Shown: piece by piece, positions 60,253 through 64,000 of the stretch
How the letters are laid out: the number at the start of each line of letters is the position of its first letter
Position numbering within the stretch: position 1 is the first letter of the stretch
Source: Chlorokybus atmophyticus
Lineage: Eukaryota; Plantae; Mesostigma and Chlorokybus algae
Direction: 5' to 3'
NCBI GenBank assembly: GCA_009103225.1
Contig: RHPI01000797.1
Coordinates: 908,925 to 972,924 of the forward strand
Length of the DNA: 64,000 nucleotides
Notes under the pieces: model-generated
Databases searched by the model: none
Told to the model about the DNA's origin: nothing
Seen by the model: the letters and a program-made list of their open reading frames with translations, nothing else
Made by a program: the position numbers and the translations under genes

Positions 60253-62016
60253 TTATGCCTCAGCAGCGCCCGCTTGCTGCTGCTGCCGTCCAGGGAAGCT
60301 CCCACGCTCTGCGCGCGCTTCTGCTGCTGCCGCCTCTGTCCATGCTGCTGTTGTTGTTGATGATGTTGTTGTTGATGTTGCTGGTGTGTTTGTTGTTGGG
60401 AGGATGGAGCGGAGGCTGTGTTGCGGGACCGCGCGTGCCCGGTGCGGTGTGTTGGTTTCGTTGTCATCAGCGGCCTCGGCTGCCCCAAAATCCCCGCTGC
60501 CACGACCGTCCCTGGCCTCAGTTTGGTGTCCCCCGTGTCGGCTGCTGTCATCTCCGCTGGCATTACCAACTGCAAGCATGCGAATGTGAGTGTTTGTTAC
60601 TCTGAACAGCTGGTCCTCAATTGGGTGTGAGAGCAATGTGTGTCTTTGTTGCAAGGCTATGTGCAGAATCATATTCTGTGAGCTGAGGCAAATCGCTCGC
60701 AAACTTACTCAGCGTAAGCATGCACACGCGCACATACACACACAGACTCACGCATGCACGCCCCCCNNNNNNNNNNNNNNNNNNNNNNNNNNNNNNNNNN
60801 NNNNNNNNNNNNNNNNNNNNNNNNNNNNNNNNNNNNNNNNNNNNNNNNNNNNNNNNNNNNNNNNNNNNNNNNNNNNNNNNNNNNNNNNNNNNNNNNNNNN
60901 NNNNNNNNNNNNNNNNNNNNNNNNNNNNNNNNNNNNNNNNNNNNNNNNNNNNNNNNNNNNNNNNNNNNNNNNNNNNNNNNNNNNNNNNNNNNNNNNNNNN
61001 NNNNNNNNNNNNNNNNNNNNNNNNNNNNNNNNNNNNNNNNNNNNNNNNNNNNNNNNNNNNNNNNNNNNNNNNNNNNACCCCTCACACGTGCAAAGGCACC
61101 TGCGGGCACACAGGTACTTACATACATGTCCAAGCGCAGTCACACACACAAAGACACCTTCCCTTGCCAACACAGCTATCAGCTTACTCCAGAAGTTGTA
61201 CAGAGGATTGCTCCCAACATTGGTACTGAACAGTGCAAATGCATCCATCACTGCAAACGGATATATACATAGTGACTAACTATGCATCTGGCGCTGTTTG
61301 AATTGAACCTCCACTCACCTGGTTGCAGAAGACACAGAGGCGCACGGTGCTGTAGATGCGCGCGGGCACCATGCGCTTGAGCTTGTCGGCGGCACCATCC
61401 AAACCCCACCTGACCACAAAACCCATGGGAACATGTGCATGTGCATGTGTGCATGCATGCGCACGCCTGCACGCACGCGTGTGCACACATCAATGGATGT
61501 AGTGTAGGCACGTGAGTGCGATTGTGTGCGTACGCAACTGTGCATATGCATGTGTTTGTCGGTCATTCATGTATTAGTGAATCATTCCCGTTGAGCGCAC
61601 ACAGCCAAACTAGGAGCCTTTCGTTGCTAGCAGTGGGACCAAATAAGACGTCCACGTGATAACTCACAACTCCTCTCGCCTCAAATTGTGTCACAAAACT
61701 TATTGCTGCATAGATCTGAATGCCGAAAAAACGTGTAACTGTAAGTCTGCATCCGGATGTTGATTGGGATTGCGTGCCGCAATATGAGCAACCATGTATA
61801 CAATCATCTCGATTACGACGAGCCACACTAATGTGTTGATAATGATGGGTTAAGCAACTCTATTCAAGACATACACACTCACTCTGCCTGTTTGGCGAGG
61901 ACTGTTTTCATCGTCATGACTCCCGGCAGGTTCTCCGGCGTGAACTCCACCTGGCAGATGGCGCACGCACGTCGGCTGCCCGCCGTGTCCGCACCCACCG
62001 CAGCGGCAGGCGCCAT
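60253..62016 (-). CDS. Unknown protein with a putative Cys4 zinc-binding motif (CAIC...CVFC) and a low-complexity tail; exon model incomplete
   Basis: Exon 62016-61883 (MAPAAAV...RACAICQVEFTPENLPGVMTMKTVLAKQAE) splices in frame to 61409-61319 (WGLDGAADKLKRMVPARIYSTVRLCVFCNQ). The last exon is probably near 60560-60253. An N gap at 60767-61076 lies between them. Confidence 0.55.
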
Positions 62017-63061
62017 GGTCACTTCCGCCTTCAAGAAACCCCTCTTCAAGTCTTGGCCTGGCCTGTCTGGCCTGGCGCCCAGCCTAGCCTGGCGGCCTGA
62101 GCGCTCCTGTCCAGGGCTGGCGCCTGCCTGTCGTCGGTGCCGCCTGCCGGCCCCAACCCTGGCTTTAGACAACTCTAGTAATCAAGCCGTTGAGTGTCAC
62201 AAGGAAGAAGTCAGCCTGGCCTGGCTTCGGATTGGCCTGGCCTGGGCTGGGCTGGGCTGGGCTGGCCTGGAGCTGTGGGCTGGGTTAGCGGCGGACCGTC
62301 GTGACGTGGCGCACTCTGGTGGAGTGCTTCATTCGGAAGAGAAAGTCACGTGATGTGTTAGCAGGCGTGGCGAAGTGGAACCTGGTTTACTCCGTGCCGA
62401 ACGAGGACGCTGCAGAACCGGATGGACGAATCCGTTTCGAGCGCCATAGACCCGCCGCGTGGCAGTCGCGACCGGATCACGCGGACGCTGTGGCTTTGAT
62501 GCCCACCTGTGCAGTCAGCAGCGCTTTACAGTGTGCACCTCGCAGGGAGCTGTTGGCACGTGGCAGTCTCAACGGGCTTTGCATTATGTCGGCGATGCCC
62601 GCCTGTGCCACATACTGCGGTGCTGCAGCGCGCGATGCTGCCTTATCAAATGCCCAGCCGTGCCATCACCGAGCAAACCGCACTGCGCATCTGCACCAGT
62701 TCGAAAAAAGGCGCCAAACGCCTTGGTAGATCTGACCTCAGTCATGCACCAACAAAGCAGTTAACTGAGTCATGTATGGATGTCGGGCTACAGCTACGGA
62801 TATCAATCTTACCTGTCTGCAATTCCAGTTTGAAAGATCTGGGTGCTGCTAACCACGGTTTGCCTAGTTGTCGAGTACTTACTCCGTGGTGGCAGTAGCG
62901 GCGGCATTGTGCTTGTCGTGAAGCGCTTGTGTGTGGGCAGAGGAGATTGTGTGGCGCTGGACGGCATTGCGTTGCTGCTGCTCGTGTCGGCACTGCTCTT
63001 GCTGAAGCAAGCCTGTGTGTGCGTGGTTCAGCGCAAGCTGTCACGTCTTTCATCGGCAACT

Positions 63062-63947
63062 ATGTTGAGGAAGTGCGTGGAGATGGGCATCATTCTCACC
63101 GCCCTGGCCGTCATCAAGCTGACGGAATGCCTGGACGCCTTGCTGCCTGTGTCACCCTCAAAGTCCAAGCCAGCAGCCGCCGTCTGCCAGGCGCCAAAGG
63201 ACCAGACTGCAAGGGAGACGTGCAGCTTCCATAACCCTAACCCTGAACTAGAAAGGTGAGCTTTGAACTGTTTGCAATGTGAATGCCTAAGCTTTCTTGC
63301 TGCCTTGCGCATTGCTTTCAATTTGTAGTTAAATGCTTGCGCTGGCACTCACATCTCTATAGATTTGCCTGATTACGTGCTTGTACATGTCTATCTGGTT
63401 GTGTATGTGTGTGAACTGACGTGTTTTTTGCTACTGCTGCAGTTTGGGCAAAGCTCAGCAACAACAAGCTTACCAAGAGGAGGAAAGATTGAGCTGCAGC
63501 CAAGTAGCGACCTCTGCACACCTTTGCACACAGAACCAGATGGAGGAGGAAGACAACAAGAACAGTTTTCACACTGACACGCTCAGCGATGAAGACTCCG
63601 CAACACTGGAAGACTCGCTGTATGAAGAGCAGTCACTCGAGCAAGAAGACAGCCGTCCTTGCACCCCCACCAGCAGGGATGATGCCTCCAGCAGCAGCAG
63701 CAGCAGCAACAGCAGGAGCTCCAGCCCACTCTCTTCCCCGCGTTCGAGCTTCCGAGCTTGCAGTCCCACCGGCAGAGAGGTGACAAGGTTGTGGGCCCAT
63801 TTTGAGGAGATGGCGCGTCGCCAGCAATACGAGCAAAGTGTGGTGCAGCAATGGAAAGCGCGGTGGCGGGTGGCGTGTGCGGATGCACGAAGCGCTTCGA
63901 GCTGCTCGGCAATTGGCAGACGTGTACAACATCTTGTTGTCGCATAG
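63062..63947 (+). CDS. Hypothetical protein, 2 exons, Ser/Glu-rich
   Basis: Exon 63062-63255 (AG|GTGAGC) joins in phase to 63443-63947. No recognisable family. Confidence 0.4.
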
Positions 63948-64000
63948 TGCGCTGTTGTTAGGATTGATTGTGAACATGTGTTGTAGCTGGCGAACTGTAT

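Noticed and set aside
46933-61076. ORFs spanning N-runs (46933-47001, 52001-52230, 60767-61076)
   Set aside because: These are assembly gaps, and the ORF continuity through them is artificial.

Overview
This is eukaryotic nuclear DNA from a green alga (Chlorophyta). The evidence is short GT-AG spliceosomal introns rich in TG/GC repeats, plastid transit peptides and plant-type orthologues; the six-frame ORF track mostly captures exon fragments. There are two gene-dense blocks. Block 1 (1-20.6 kb) holds plastid malonyl-CoA:ACP transacylase, a bacterial-type D-Ala-D-Ala dipeptidase (VanX/DdpX), a YbhB/YbcL-type PEBP, a USP-like plastid protein, ABCF2, a GUP1-like MBOAT and LTO1/VKOR. Block 2 (45.4-64 kb) holds a ~29-exon secreted protein with repeated bacterial-like beta-modules joined by Pro/Ser-Pro linkers, BRX1, quinolinate phosphoribosyltransferase and two unknown genes. 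Between them (~21-44 kb) is a transposon-rich interval. It contains a complete TRIM-like mini LTR element, a gag remnant lying opposite to the PBS/LTR signals, a decayed pogo transposase, a complete hAT element (TIRs, 8-bp TSD, intact spliced transposase), and two distant arrays of GGACCA-N4-TGGTCC dyads that may bracket an unknown larger element. Three to four of roughly 80 introns use GC donors. All exon models were built by hand from splice consensus and remembered family motifs; no database search was run.
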